Shown: positions 25,763 to 40,571, counted from the first letter of the whole stretch. The stretch is 63,526 nt of DNA, filler included, from Reticulomyxa filosa (GCA_000512085.1; 24 parts of 24 records of this genome joined end to end with filler, not necessarily neighbours in it); one strand, 5' to 3'. A program made the numbers and translations. Notes: generated from the letters alone by a model not told the origin.

Positions 25763-28167
25763 NNNNNNNNNNNNNNNNNNNNNNNNNNNNNNNNNNNNNN
25801 NNNNNNTTAATTAATTAANNNNNNNNNNNNNNNNNNNNNNNNNNNNNNNNNNNNNNNNNNNNTTTTCATTGAGAAAATCAATTATCATCATAAGATATGT
25901 TTTAGGCGTTCAGTTTTCTTTGCAACCTACTTACTTATAATGATATTAGTTTTCATCTTTCTTGTCAACAACCTGACAACGATGAAGAAAATAATCAAAT
26001 GCAAAGAATATTTCTGCAACAAATTATCTACATTGGTAATAACACCAATAAATGGTCGTATTGAAATTATTTGGAAAAATGAAAAATACATTATAGTGAA
26101 TTACGTTTTCATCAATTTGGAAAACAATGTATTTGTATTTTAATGTAAAAGTATTAGTTGAAAATTTACATGAAATTGCTGTCCAATTTAATCAAAGATA
26201 GCAATTAAGTGTAGAAAATAAAAAAAGTTTGGAGTCAATCAGAAAATAATGACATGTTCAGTTTTTGACTTAAATTATGTAAAAAAGATTTTAAAAATCC
26301 AGATCTTAATCGATATGTATTATTGAAAAATATAGCATTGAAAGAACAAATCTAAACGTGGAAAAAGTAGAACTTTCGAATGTTTGCCAGCATTGAAAGT
26401 ATTATTTGCAAATTCACTCAACGTTAGCAAAATATTGCAAGAGTGATAAATATACATTTGTTTTGAATTTGCGCCATGCGAAACATTTAATAACAATCAT
26501 AATAGTCCAAAATCTCAGTTTCGTCAATGTAGAAAATGTTTTGGATTAAATGGTTCAAAATTTATTGTTATTGGTGGAAATCGGATCAATCTGGTTGGAT
26601 GAAAAAATAGATAGTATTGAAGAACTTCATTGTTCAAAATGGATTCCAAATTTTAAACTCCAGTCAATTTAATCACAATCTAGAAAAAAATGATGTCAAA
26701 TCATAAATTTGATATAGAGTTGGAACAAAGTGAAATATCAATTGATGAAGGATGATAATGATGAATTGGATCTTGATTCTGATTATTTACCAATTACGTC
26801 AGTATTCAATTGTAATGAAATATAGAAGGTAACAAGCCATTGTGGAGCGATTCCTGCATAGAAAGCATAAGCAAGTTCATAGATTCAAACGTTAATTCAG
26901 TAAGTGTCGCACGAACTGAAAAGAACAATTAGATATGAACAACAAGATTATTTGGTTGGAAACGTACAATCACTACAGGAAGGTAACTCAATACAATTAC
27001 TTAATGTTTTTTTTGTCTGTTTATTTTGATATAAGTATTTATTATGCGTTTGTGTAGCATTTTGTCTGAAAAAATTTGAAATTCACAAGAAAAAGAAGTT
27101 TAAGTATTATGTAAAATCATGAATCAGAAAACTGTTTTTTAAACATAAGTGTATGCTGTGTTATGGAAAATATTGCATTGACTTTATCTTATGTCCAGTT
27201 TTTCAGAAAATACGCAAATATATTTTAATCAATTTATCAAAAAGAAAACAAAATGCATCAAAAGATAATAAAAAAATAATTTTTTTTTTGTATAATCTTT
27301 AAATCCCTTATGGTGTAATGAATTGTGCTAATAATGTCAATTACAACTTTTTATATCGAAATACATTTATAATATTAGTATTTTTTTGCAAATGCATAAG
27401 TAAATTAAACTCATTACAAACATCAATAAAATATTCATTATTTCACACACAAAACATTCAACTAATAAATCTCCTTTTTTTTATAAAAATTTTCAAATCT
27501 GTTTCGCAATATATAATCGTCATAATTTTAAAAAAGCGATATTGCACAAGAGCAAAAAATGAAATTTTTTTTTTGAATTTCAAAAATATAAATACAATAA
27601 ATTAACTAAATATAAAATATTTTGCATTTGAAGATGTTTAAAAAATACTGTAACATAAAATGTTTTATTTTTTAGATATTTAAATGACTTTGCATATCAT
27701 GATGAACACATTTATATTAAATCAAACAATCAAGATTTGACCTGATATATCGACATAAACTTTGTTAATGGCAAAGAATGTAGCCAACATGATTATTGCA
27801 AAAATATAGGCTCTGACTGGAAACCTTGTTTGACATAATGGCAGCAACAAATATTCCTTTTTTCTTCCCAAATATGTAGTGATTGCGCTCGAATATAAAA
27901 AAATATTAATGTTTGCGGAAGTTTCTTCTATTAAATATAATTATGATATACAAACTACATACGCATCTTTGCAATAAAAGAATTTTATAGAATACTTCAT
28001 TGGCTTCGGCAATGTGTACCTTTTTCTAAATGTTTGACTCGCAAATCAACTTTGAAAGGAGTTGAAACAGAGAACTATGAGTCTTTGCTCGTTTCTTCTT
28101 GCGCTAAAAAATTGAGGTCCAAACCCCAAAATTTTGTTTTAATTTTTTCTTCAAATTGAAAGTTGTG

Positions 28168-29309
28168 ATGGCTTTTATTGCAAGATTTGCAGGAACATCC
28201 CTGTTTGTTAACTATAAAATATACTCTTGTTAATGGATCTTTGTTGCTGAAAGTGTGTTGTATGTCATAGACAACGAAGTGCGAAAGGATGGGGGCCAGG
28301 TATTGAAAAGACAAGAAACCCTTATGAAAAAGAGGGAAAACACAAAAAGAAAAAAAACCATACACACAAAACAAAAAAAAAACGAAGCTTTGAGTTATGT
28401 ATCGACGCGCAGTGGTGTAACAGACACGGAAAAATTCAAAGAGATATGGCACACGACGGATAGCATCGACCCCTTGTATGAGATCTGCAAGAAACCAACA
28501 GAGAGATTAGACCCAACACGACGAGCACATGCTTATTTGATGTACGGTGGTGTTTATGGTTTTGGGTTTTTAGCGACCAAAACAGCAATAGAAACCATTG
28601 TGACATATCTCAATCAACCAGCAGATGTCAAAGCAATGGGTGAGGTTGAGGTCAACTTGGCAGACATTCCATTGGGCACCTGTATCGTCCTTATGTGGAA
28701 AGGTTAGAATATTATGAATAATACATACAACTCATACATTAAATGCACGCATTTTTTTAAAAAATTAATGAACTGATTTTAACTTTATTTTTATTTATTT
28801 AAATTTTTCCAAATGTTTTTACAATACATTAAACTACACATTAAACAATTCTTCAAATGTCCATTGTAAAATCTTCCCTCTCCTGAAAATAGACTCACCA
28901 GTGTTCGTATGGCATCGCACCCCCAAAGACATAGCCAATGCTGAAAAAGATGACAATAATTCCACTTTGCGAGATCCTGAAAACGATGTAGACAGAGTCA
29001 AAAATAAGGAATGGTATGTCTCAATGGCTGTCTGCACTCATTTGGGCTGTGTTCCAATTTATGGCCAAGGTAACTACAGTGGATTCTTTTGCCCTTGTCA
29101 TGGGTCGCATTATGACGCTTCTGGACGTGTGCGCAAAGTTTAGTTGAATTTTAAATTTTTTTCTCTCCTCTTTTATTAACATTTTTTTTAAACACCCCTT
29201 TTTTTCCTTCTTTCTTTTTTCAACTTGACAGGGTCCAGCGCCAACTAACTTGAAAATCCCTCCTTATAAGTTCACTGATGATGGCAAATTGATCCTTGGT
29301 GCTGAATAA
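28168..29309 (+). CDS. RIP1: Mitochondrial cytochrome bc1 Rieske iron-sulfur protein
   Basis: Rieske boxes CTHLGC and CPCHGS, 'LRDP' and a TM helix. Spliced end 'SGRVRK|[20 protein letters not shown]'. Probable presequence exons from the ATG at 28168. Confidence 0.96.
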
Positions 29310-32300
29310 AAACATCAAGTGCTGAAAAGTTGTTCGCTTGTTTGTTTAATTCGCATTTTCTTGTTAAAGTTTTTTTGGCCATTTGTGTGATAATTGGAAA
29401 AGATGAAAAATCTAGACAAGAGAGTCAAAATCCAAATGGTTATAATACTTCCTTGAATTTTTAATGCAAAACTTTTTTGTCCAATTTTTCCTTCCCCCAT
29501 CGTTTTAAAAATAAAAAAATTATTAACTGCAGAAAAACCTACATTCCGCCAAATTCTCAATTGTTTTGATTACTAGCATATATTTTCCTTAAAATTGCGC
29601 ATCAAGAAACTAAGAGCTTTTTTGTTGAATTTCCAGAAGTAAAACATAATTTGTGAATAGTATAGCTCGAAATGTGTTAAGATAACGTTTAGACATAAAT
29701 AAATCCTCCATCTATTAGTATGTGATCATCCCTACCGTTTCTTTTTAATTTTGAACGACAAACTTTAGTTTAGAAACGTTTTGTTTTCCGGGGCCGTTTA
29801 GGTCCATAAAATAGGCCTGACCTTAAATAGAAAACTCGATAATGAACCAGAGCAAAATGTGGAAACATCATAAAATCAAACAAGGTGGTTCTCCTCAGTT
29901 GAGTTCGCCTCTGTCAACAATACCTCTTATGCCAGTGTGTTTATTGGGGCTTGTGCTATTTTGCGTTGGAGAAGCATACTTGGTTTTGCAATGTACATTG
30001 ATTGGGACGCCCTGTGTTTCTTTTCGTCTTATTTTGGGGCAATTTTGGAAGAGATTGAACAATTGGTTTTTTTTTTNNNNNNNNNNNNNNNNNNNNNNNN
30101 NNNNNNNNNNNNNNNNNNNNTTAATTAATTAANNNNNNNNNNNNNNNNNNNNNNNNNNNNNNNNNNNNNNNNNNNNTAAATTAATCCAAAGTCTTACACA
30201 TGCCAAACAAGATAAAGATCAATGAAAAATACCACTTAAATATGCTTAATAGATGTAAAACAGTGGGATAATATTTTCATAAAAAAACAACAATATTTCG
30301 AAATATACTTTTGAATTCAGCTTATTATCTCAGAGTAACTCAAATTACAAAAAATCAATACTCCTGTTTGCAAAGAATGAAGTTTAAATAAAACGAGTTT
30401 TTGATAAAATAGTATTAACTATGATATATCTCTAATCAAAGAGCAAAACGATAAAGATTATAACGACTTTGATGCGATCAATGCAATATTTTTGAATTTG
30501 CAATTTGGTTTTTTTAAATTGATCGCACAATAATTGTGAGAATTGATTTCGAAACAATTGAGCAAAAAAAAAAGAAGTACAGAAGGATTAAGCAAAGCCA
30601 ATTCAATCAACACTTTGGAGTGAAAAAAAGGAAGCTATACATCTGTGCAAAATAGAGAGAGCTATTGTACACGGCCATCAAACACTAGCTGATGGTAAAT
30701 TAGGCTATGAAGATAAAAGTAAATAAATTTTCCAGAAAATGGGTACTTTTGTTAAGCAAAGTGGCAAACAGCATGTAGTGAAAAAATTACTATTAAATGA
30801 ATTAAAAAATATGACAAGGTTAGGACAAATGCATCTTCTTTGACCATTTCGAAACGCAAAAATAGTGAAAGTGCTAATGACGCAGTTTTATCGTTGGCAG
30901 AAAAACTCTACATCAAGAACCTAACCAAAGTATATGTTAATGAATAAAAGATGAATAGCAATAAAAAATGGTTGAAACATAAAATAGTGAATATCTTATT
31001 CTTTGTAAGTATCAATTAGGATATAGCGTGTTGAGATTTTTCATTGAACCAGTGCAAGTAAAGTATGAACGCTGCTTAAACGCAGATGCTCTAGATACTC
31101 AGGACTCCTGCCTCAAAGCAGACAAAATTAAAACTATACTTGCTTCAAATCAACATATATAGAAATGTTGATTTGAAGGAAAATCTATTCTTACTGAAAA
31201 ACGTGAAAGGCAATTCTATCAAAAGAATCAACTTTAATTGCCTTTTTTTCTTCCAGACTATATCTACAGTGTAAATATAATATGATTCAAACTACCTATA
31301 GCCTTTTAATTTATAGTTGAATATTTTTTTATAAAATCCAGTATCAAAACATTGTTCACAGTTTAACTGTTTCTTTTTTTCTCTGCTTGTGTTTTTCTCG
31401 GATTGTCCACTGCATTGTCTGTCTTTGTTGATGAAGATACTGATGGCGTGCCCTTTTCTTCTTTTTTCTTCTTTTCTCTTCTTGTTTGCATCTGCTTCTC
31501 CCTCGTCATCATTCACTCCATTCAACAAGTATTACATATTATCATCATCCTGTTAACCACTCCTTTTGTTTAATGAAGGAAGAATGCATAACCCGATTCG
31601 ACACTCTTACCACACTGAGCCAGCAATGACCCAACATTAAAGCTATTTACATAATATTTTATTCTGTTAAACTTTTCACTTACCATATATTAAATAATCA
31701 AATTTATATTTGAAATAATCATGTAATTATCCAAAAAATTATATATCTAAATGCTCATTTTCTCACATTTTTGTTACAAATACTTTTGTATGATATAATA
31801 ATTGAAAACTATTTAATTTTTTTTAAAATATTTTTTATAATACTTTTAAAGTAAATAATTATTGACATTATAACAAATTTGAATGAAAAAAGAATAAATG
31901 AAAATTTGTTTGAGTTAAAAAAAAGGAATTTTTTGATACAGTTTCAACTATTTTTTTTAATTAGTTAATAATTAATTGCAAGAAAAAAAAACTCAACTGA
32001 ATCGTTATTTAAATGAACTGCTATCCAAATTCCAGTATTCAACTTGCTGTCCGTATACAGGAATCATCTTAGTTAAACTTTAAGTATTTTTGCGTTGCTT
32101 TATGCTGTCAATTTTAATGACAATACATTTGTAATTATTTGCATTACTGTGCTATCGGTATTCTTTGGTTTAATACTGTTAGTTGTCCCACTAACAAGTT
32201 AACTATATATTTATTTATATATATATTTTTTAAATTTAGATATTTTGTTTATGTCTTTTTTTTAGGAAGGACAATTTTGGTCCGTGAACAGCGGAATATC

Positions 32301-33049
32301 AGTCCTTATAACTCTCCACACTTTGCAAACGCTTTCAACTTTACAAACGTTTCCAACTCTGACAATACAACTAATAACTATAACCACTTTTAGACGTTAA
32401 CAAGTCTCTTAGATTTATGAACTGTATACAAACTCAGTTAATTACAAGAACATAATCATTTATGATTTGTTTGATTTGCTTTTTAAGAGTTGTTTTTTAT
32501 TTTATTTGTCTTAACTTCTTTCAACATAATCAATTTTACTTTTGATCTTTTTCCAGTTCAATAAGGTTTCGATGAGAATTTAGATTTCGACTTTATTTTT
32601 TTTTTTAAGTCTTTTTGTTTTATCTTCAAGAAAACGAAAGACATTACATTCGTTAAATTTTGTTTTTTTTAAAAAAAATGTTAGTTGAGTTAAAAACAAA
32701 ATTGAAATTAAGATTACATTCACTCTTTATAAGTTTATCCACAACTTTATGTCTGCTTGCAGTTCACGTAATTGAGCTCGTGAAACAAGAGAAGGTTTAA
32801 ACCAAAACTCATTTGGTGTATCTAATTAACACGATCACAAATTATTTTTGATCACTCATTTTGAATTTTTTTTTGCAGCATAAGTGTTGTTGATACTTGA
32901 ACAACGCATCGTACATCATGTCTGTCATATATCCATTATGTGTGGGTCCATAGGTAGTGATATAAGAGATTAAAAAAACAAAACATACGTCGAACACCAA
33001 ATTTAGTGGTGATAGCCTTTTCAAATTCAAAAGTGATTACATATTATCA

Positions 33050-33724
33050 AACCAAATACCAATAATGTCTTGTCTATGTCTTTTCTTGCTTTGCAAATGC
33101 AATTACTTTGCGGTTCTTTGCTAATTAATGCTTTTTCCTTTTCTTTTGTATGCTCCATTTTAATATTCTTTATTTCTCTCCACCGATTATCGCACATCTC
33201 CACATATCTTCTGAGATTTTTGAGAATGCATTATTCGCATCCCATGTATATACATATATATATATTTTTTTGCTCTTTCCGACAAATGTATAATCAAAAA
33301 ATACAAATTACTTGTTGTTTTACTTTGTTTGATATTCTTTTTAAATGCTTCCATCAATTGTCTATCCATGTTGTTTTCTGTGTCAATCGAAAGCTTGAAA
33401 ATAAACATCAGTCTTTCATTCCATTGAGCTGTAATTGCTTCAAATGCTTCTACACATAATCTACAACAATTCCAATAATATTTTTCTATCTAAGCATTGA
33501 ACATTTCTCTTCCAATCAATTCTGCTGAAATTGTTCCCAAGTCATTTTGCCTAGATTTTTCCAAATCTTTAATATTATCATCGCAATCATGATAAAAAGA
33601 ATTACGCAAATTGATCAAACAAGATTATTCTGAATAGCACTTCTTCAAAGGCAAATATGTCTTGTCATTATATCCATTTATTTGGTCATTTGAACTATTA
33701 TTGCAATTATTCAGTTTGCGTCGC
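33050..33724 (-). pseudogene. Decayed helical/HEAT-like repeat gene remnant
   Basis: Broken coding-like fragments (e.g. 'LGTISAELIG', 'NMDRQLMEAFK') with many stops. Confidence 0.3.
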
Positions 33725-33824
33725 NNNNNNNNNNNNNNNNNNNNNNNNNNNNNNNNNNNNNNNNNNNNTTAATTAATTAANNNNNNNNNNNNNNNNNNNN
33801 NNNNNNNNNNNNNNNNNNNNNNNN

Positions 33825-34410
33825 CAATGTTTGTTGTAATACAATTGATTGGATATTCCAACTCGTAAATATGGACCCTGAATGACAAGTTCTGCTCCTC
33901 CAATTCCAGGATTCAGAAACGTACTTCCATCACAAAATATCACAGTGCAATCAATGATGACAAAATTTCATCTGATGTTGATTCATTGAAGATCGCAAAT
34001 CGTGATTTATTTGATTGTGGCATCATTGATGCATCCACGGGATAACGTCGATAATTTACCAATCCATGAGATATCTTTGGTCTTGATTCATTCCAAATCT
34101 TGTATGCCAATGCAAGATTGATACATTTGTGATACATTTGATTGTGGATGTTATCAGGACCTTGGCTTTGTATGGAGACAAATGTCTCATAGCCTCAATC
34201 ACTTCTTCTTTTGTGCTATTACTCTGATGGATATCAATCAAAAATAAAATCATCATTCAATTCCAACGGTTTAGAATCGCCACTTTAAGTCTGATATAAT
34301 CTTCAATCATTTCATAATGTTTTTCATCAACACCTTTGTCGTTCAATTCGTGGTAAAGACCACGTAATTTTGATATTGAACGTGATTGGGAGATGATCTG
34401 AGTGCACATC
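33825..34410 (-). mobile_element. Degenerate non-LTR retrotransposon (LINE) ORF2 remnant with RNase H, RT core deleted
   Basis: 'EEVIEAMRHLSPYKA(Q)GPDNIHNQM', the pre-RT KAxGPD motif, read across a frameshift. About 200 nt later is 'TVIFCDGSTFLNPGIGGA', the RNase H first motif. Confidence 0.78.
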
Positions 34411-35822
34411 CAATTAAAAAAAAAATCCTTAATCATCGAGATAAACTTTTGAAAAAAAAGTTGTATTTTGAAGGAAAGAAGTTCGAAATTAATCTTTGAT
34501 TATTAACAACGATTTTCGTCGTCAACAAGATTGTGGCAAAAACAGAAACAAAGACAAAGATACAAAAAAAATCTTTCAAAGAAATTTTTTTACTAGTCAG
34601 ATATATGATATTGCGATCTTGCGCGAGATCAGATATATACAAGATAACAAACGAAACACCCAAAATGAACAGTCGAAACAAAATTCTATCATCAAGAAAG
34701 AATGGCAAACAAAATTAAGACACTTTTTTATTAAATAAGCCGAAATGACAATATCAACAGCATTCACATGCTTTTCTTGAATAATAAGTGTTTAAATTTT
34801 ATTTTTTGTTTTAATTTGCTTTAATTTGTTAAAGAGGTGAATTGAATCTCAATATTTACTGAGACTTCGAAAACAAGGCTCAGAGGATTTGGTTGAGCAT
34901 TGGCATTGCTCCTGTAATTCCACCGGACCATTACACAGGGAAGAGCCAATTTTGTTTTCACAGCTGTTGATTGATCTCGCCGTACAACTTTTGAGATTTT
35001 TCTTTTTTGCTATTTTAAAGATTAAATCAAAACTTAAAATTTTTTTTTTCACTTGTTATTGTTGATTGTGTGTGAGTTTTGATATGTTTATTGATCTTTT
35101 CTTTTTTTGTTTGTTTTCATTATCTCGTGGATGACTTGTGTGAGAGGGTATTGATCCTTGTTTAGCCTTAATAGTGTTCGAGTTGATGTTAATGATCAGC
35201 AGCTAAGTAAGCTTGGTAATAACTTCAATGATTCTAAAAATGTGCAAATTGAACGAAAAGATAACCAAAGAATTGTAAAACAGCCAAGATGTGATATTTA
35301 TCGTAAGACATTTGCTGCTNNNNNNNNNNNNNNNNNNNNNNNNNNNNNNNNNNNNNNNNNNNNTTAATTAATTAANNNNNNNNNNNNNNNNNNNNNNNNN
35401 NNNNNNNNNNNNNNNNNNNTATCCCCTTTACGAGTTGCTGTGCAACAGAGAGATGACAATTTGTCGCTAAGCATTGTTACTTCAAAGATAATAATTATTA
35501 TAGGTCAAGGTATAACAACGAAGGAGGGCGTTGTATGAATTTGTGCTTTTCTTTCTTGTTAATTATCTTTATTAGATGTCATTTTACTTCGCATCTTTTT
35601 TTTCTTATTCTATTATCTTATGAGATTAAATCAATTCTAAAAACACTTCAATTTAGAACTTGATGTTATCAAAATGAACAAAAAGATATTTTAAAAAATT
35701 TAGAGTTTTTGTTGAAGGAACGAGGAAATGTTCTTTTTTATTTTGACAAGACTTGCTCCTTTGTTTCTGGTTGTGAATGATCTTTAATGTTGTTGTGAAG
35801 CAAAGTTTGCTTCTAAAAACAA

Positions 35823-36971
35823 ATGTTCAGTATTCTAAAGCAAGAAAGAGACTGGGGTGAAGATGTATGGCGTCGACTGGTCGTACTTGAAAATACTATG
35901 TTCTGGGGTATTTTTTGCAGCATCAGTCACGACAATATGTTCGTTTTTGTCAACTGTGGATGGAATAAAGCTTTGGCTGCTGTTGGAGTACATAACCAAG
36001 AGTCAGACATAGCTGACCAACCATCTAATTGGACACAAATAATTTTTATCACAGCGCATGCCAACCCAAACTATTGGATACATTATATAGTGTATTTGAC
36101 TTCTTAGTGTTTGTGGATACCTCTATCTCTCATGATTCGATTCCACGTATCAACGGCTGATACAAAGCTCGAACAACAGACTACTTGCAGCTGCATGTGC
36201 AATTTCTACCTGAAATTGCAAGCCTTCGGTTTGTACATACTCGTGGCAGAGGTTCTCGTGATTACCAACTCCTTATTTTTTAGCTGGATGGGTGGATGGT
36301 GTGATCAGGAACCAGAATTTATATCTGATGAAATATGGCATTCCTGTACGTATAACTACGCAACAGAGGGATGACAATCCTGCGCTACGTATTGTCGAAC
36401 ACATGGACCATGTAGTGCAGAGCTGCTTGCCAAAGACTCCGAGACAAATGAAATCGGCTTTGACATCGACCACCTTTTTACCAACTCCAGCAATTCCACA
36501 GGTCAAAAGTCTTATAGTGGACTGAGAGAATGTCCATCTCGATGTAGAACCGACCCAGGGGGTTTTGGAGTCACTCCGTGCTGCCCCGAGCTACTATGGC
36601 CAAGTCGTGCCGAATAGCAACATCTACAACGTCAAAATTGACTCAAAAAAAGATTGAATGAGATTAGTCGAAGAAACTTTTTTACTTTCTTGTTCTTTTT
36701 CTGTAGAGCCATTGGATTGTCTATTTCTTTTTCTGAGTTTAGTAAGGTCGACAATTACAGACAGACCTGGGTTGTTGCTCTATATTTGTGCTTCATCATC
36801 CTCCTTATCCTTTTCATCACATGTGACGGATTTCTGGCTTGTGTCAAAATACAAAACTTAGCTTCGCTTTCTTTGGGTTTTGGTTGTTTTTGTGTTGGAG
36901 GTTTTGTACTGTTATCGTTAAGCTTTTACAAGAATACGATTGCTGGATTGATAAACAAATTATATACTTGA
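35823..36971 (+). pseudogene. Multi-TM membrane protein, decayed paralog A
   Basis: Hydrophobic segments broken by stops and frameshifts. Shares 'QTxCSCxCNFYL..Q.F.LY..VA..LVITN...CDQE...HSCTYNYAT' with copy B. Confidence 0.55.
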
Positions 36972-37270
36972 ACACAATAATTGAAATGCAAAAGATAACA
37001 TCAAATTAAGCAAATATATTTCTAAACATTATCAAAAAACTGGCAAATTTCACCACGAAGTGCCAACTTTTTCCAAGAATTTGAAAGTAAACGAAAAATC
37101 CAAATTTTGAAAAGTTTTTAAAGAATAAAAAATTAAAATTTTGAAAACATCCAAACGATATTTAAAAACTACATATACGCTACTAAAAAAAAATACTTGA
37201 ATTACATGTTCGTTTTTTTTATTCTACTATATTCCTCACTAATTTGAAAAAAATTGAAAACTTGATGACA

Positions 37271-38389
37271 AATGGAAGGAAGAGCTTGCCAAGTTGCAAA
37301 AACAAGATAGACATTACCGGATTTCGACGTTGTCACGATGTACAGTTCTTTATGCAAGGCCATGTATTGTAATGGTAGATTGCGTGTGGCCGAGTTATAA
37401 GAGAATGAACAATAGCTTCATCAGACGCTCTTTATTTGTGACATTGAATATAGTGTGATTATTGACATGACTTTTCCTTGTAATCTTATGGACAGTATAT
37501 GCAGTAATATTAAGTGTGATCAAGATTGCCTTTGGCATTGTATACAATCGCAAGTGCAAAGCAAAGTGTATTGTATTTGTCATTAGCAGTTGAGCAGTCG
37601 CCTTCTTGAAAGGAATAGTCAGTTTTATCGCCGTAATGTATCTAGTCTTTGGACGCGTACTCCAACAGCAGACAAATACCAACTGATGGGAAAAAACTGC
37701 GCAAGGCTTCAAGCAGCAGACTCCTTGCAGCTGCACATGTAATTTCTACTTGAGATTACAAGACTTCAAATTATATTTAATTGTGGCACCAATCCTCGTG
37801 ATCACCAATTTGTCGTTTTTGGTTGAATGGATGGCGGATAGTGTGATCAGGAATCAATATTTGTATTTGATGAAATGTAACATTCATGTACGTATAATTA
37901 CGCAACATATGGACGACGACACTGCTCCAAGTATCGACAAACACATGGATTATGTGCACGGAAACAACTCGAATGCACAACTAAAATGCAAGGAACTTGA
38001 TACCACAATCGTCGATTATGTCTCTATCAGGACCACTTCGACTCCACATGTCATCATCTCGCAACCAATCGAGCCAATATCCGTCGCGGTGCGACAGCAT
38101 CAAGGCCAAGAACGGACCGATATTGTCAACCTCAGTAATTGAAATGATGTCACTCGAAGGACCCGTTTTGCTTTTGTCTTCTTTCTTTGTGGGATCACTC
38201 AATTACGATTTACTTTATTTTTTTTCAGTCTTATCTATAATTACAAACAGTCCCGCGTTGCAATCCTATATTTTGACTTTATTGTCCTCTGTTTTCTCCT
38301 TGCCACTTTTAGTCTATACATGGAGTACAAAAATATGCCAATACCAATGTCACTTCTATTTGTCATCACGTTACTGCCTATTTATGTAA
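37271..38389 (+). pseudogene. Multi-TM membrane protein, decayed paralog B (tandem to A)
   Basis: 37705-37950 aligns by eye with 36170-36410 (cttgcagctgca.tg.aatttctac; gtgtgatcaggaa; tgtacgtataa.tacgcaaca). Confidence 0.55.
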
Positions 38390-40571
38390 TCTTTTTGTTA
38401 CTTTTTTTGCAACTAACGATTGCAATCATATGTGAATGCACATAAGAAGCGCTATCCATCTTGACAGAGTCTAAGTGTAAAAAGTATTTCATCACGTATA
38501 CAATGCCTCGAACCATTCTATCTTTACACATGACCAGGTACAACTCGATTCCTCATGAAGAGGTAGTGTATTTATGTAATAAGAAATTGGTTTATTTGAT
38601 TGGCATTTGCTCATTAGGAAAGGCTGCAGTGTTGAATTCAATCCAACATTTTTACATGTTCTTCTTCTTTTCTTCGTTTGTGGTTCTATTACCTGGTTCA
38701 CTATCATCTCCACTTGTGGCCTTAGCATATTACCTGAGGGAGAAAAAAACAAAGGCAAATTAATTAAAATACTTTGAAGACAAAAATAATAAGTGTTTTT
38801 TGTATTGAGAAAACAAGACAATCACTAAACGAATTGTAATAATCCACAATTTGAATATTCTCCACCAAATTGACACCCAAGACATACCCAATTTGCATCT
38901 CAGATGTGTGTGGCATTGGAAACCACATACAACATAGTTGCAAATATACGTAACAGGTAACCACTGGTACTTGAGAAAATTATACACGTTAATGACTTGG
39001 AGTGAATTGAATAATGTAGTGTGTCCAAGTTGAATGTTGTTTGTTGTGATTGCAGAACACACAACACTCCATTGCCACTTATGCTTCGTTTCCATATATG
39101 TCATCCAATCTCCCAGTGATGTATTGTGTCGATCCTCTTTCATCGTCTCTATGGACGTGGATACGCCTTGATTCTCACGACAGATCTATACTTCTTGCGC
39201 TGGTACATTGTCATCGTCGTCGTACGTCTTAGATACGACCTATTGCTACTTGTCATATTGTTTGGAATAGTCGATACGCTCCTAAAACTATTGGTCCACA
39301 TTTTTGCATTTATTCTTTATTCTTTTTTTTTTTTTTCTTCCTCTTACTCTTACTCCAAACCAAAACTAAAGTCTTTATAATAAGGGACCCATATTTACAT
39401 TGCATTGATTGATGCATATTACAACCACTGAAAATATGATATAAACAACACATATCCACACTGACCTTTAAATAGTGGCCGCTATCCTTCACGTCGATGT
39501 TCGTGTTTTTTTTTTTATCTTCTCGTTTTTTCTTGGGTTGCATGGGTTGATATGTGGACCCAAGCATAAAGCAATCCGTCTTTGAGCGGTAATTGCGACA
39601 TACCGATAAGTTGGGTTGGATAATAACGCAACTGTACTGCATTTTGTCGACGGATATATGGGTTCGCCTTGTTTCCTTCATCCCTTGTGGTGGCTCGTAA
39701 TACGATTATAGTTATGATTAGTGATGTGATTGTGACTTGATCCTTAGATGATACTTGATCAATTTGTTGATCGACTTCCAAGATTGTCAAGCGTGATTCC
39801 CATCTTATTTATTTGCAGCGTTGCCACATACAAAATTGTTCATTACATTGCCAACTGCGCTCAACATGTTTTACTGCAGTGTCTTCGTCTAATAATACAC
39901 TATCCGACGATGACATCAATGAATTGCCATGCTAGTAAGTTGGTCACGTTCAATGTTTGACTTTCAGTGGCGACACAATTTGGAGAGGAGATAATTTGAG
40001 CAGCAGAAGCAATGCGCAGCGCTATTGTCGGGGGTACTTACAGAACTCAAGTGTCTACAGCAGTACCAATACTATCTGATACAATGGTTGATGCTTTTCA
40101 ACAAACCTGATAATTCAGTGCTTGTCCGACAGCCAAGGTACAGTCTGCAAATGGAGAATGTATTATATACTGACACTGCTTTGGACAATTTGTTGATAAT
40201 CTCTATCGCTTTCACTTGGTCCAATGTTTCATGTGGATATAATTCTTGNNNNNNNNNNNNNNNNNNNNNNNNNNNNNNNNNNNNNNNNNNNNTTAATTAA
40301 TTAANNNNNNNNNNNNNNNNNNNNNNNNNNNNNNNNNNNNNNNNNNNNCTTGGAGTTGGGTCATTGTTTTGGTTTTGGGATCATGGGTAGATTTGGACCC
40401 TTTTTTTATTTTTATTATTTTTTTTTTTATTTTAAAAAAAAGAGATTGATCGAGGCAATCAAAATTTCAAAAAGGCAAACAAACAACAAAATTGGTACAA
40501 TCAACGTACCTCAATGGATCAACCACACAGCGAGCAAAATGGAAGCAAAAAAAAAAAAAAAAAACGAATGA

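Noticed and set aside
29842-30076. Hydrophobic ORF at the contig end
   Set aside because: It is too short and truncated, and two overlapping frames are equally plausible.
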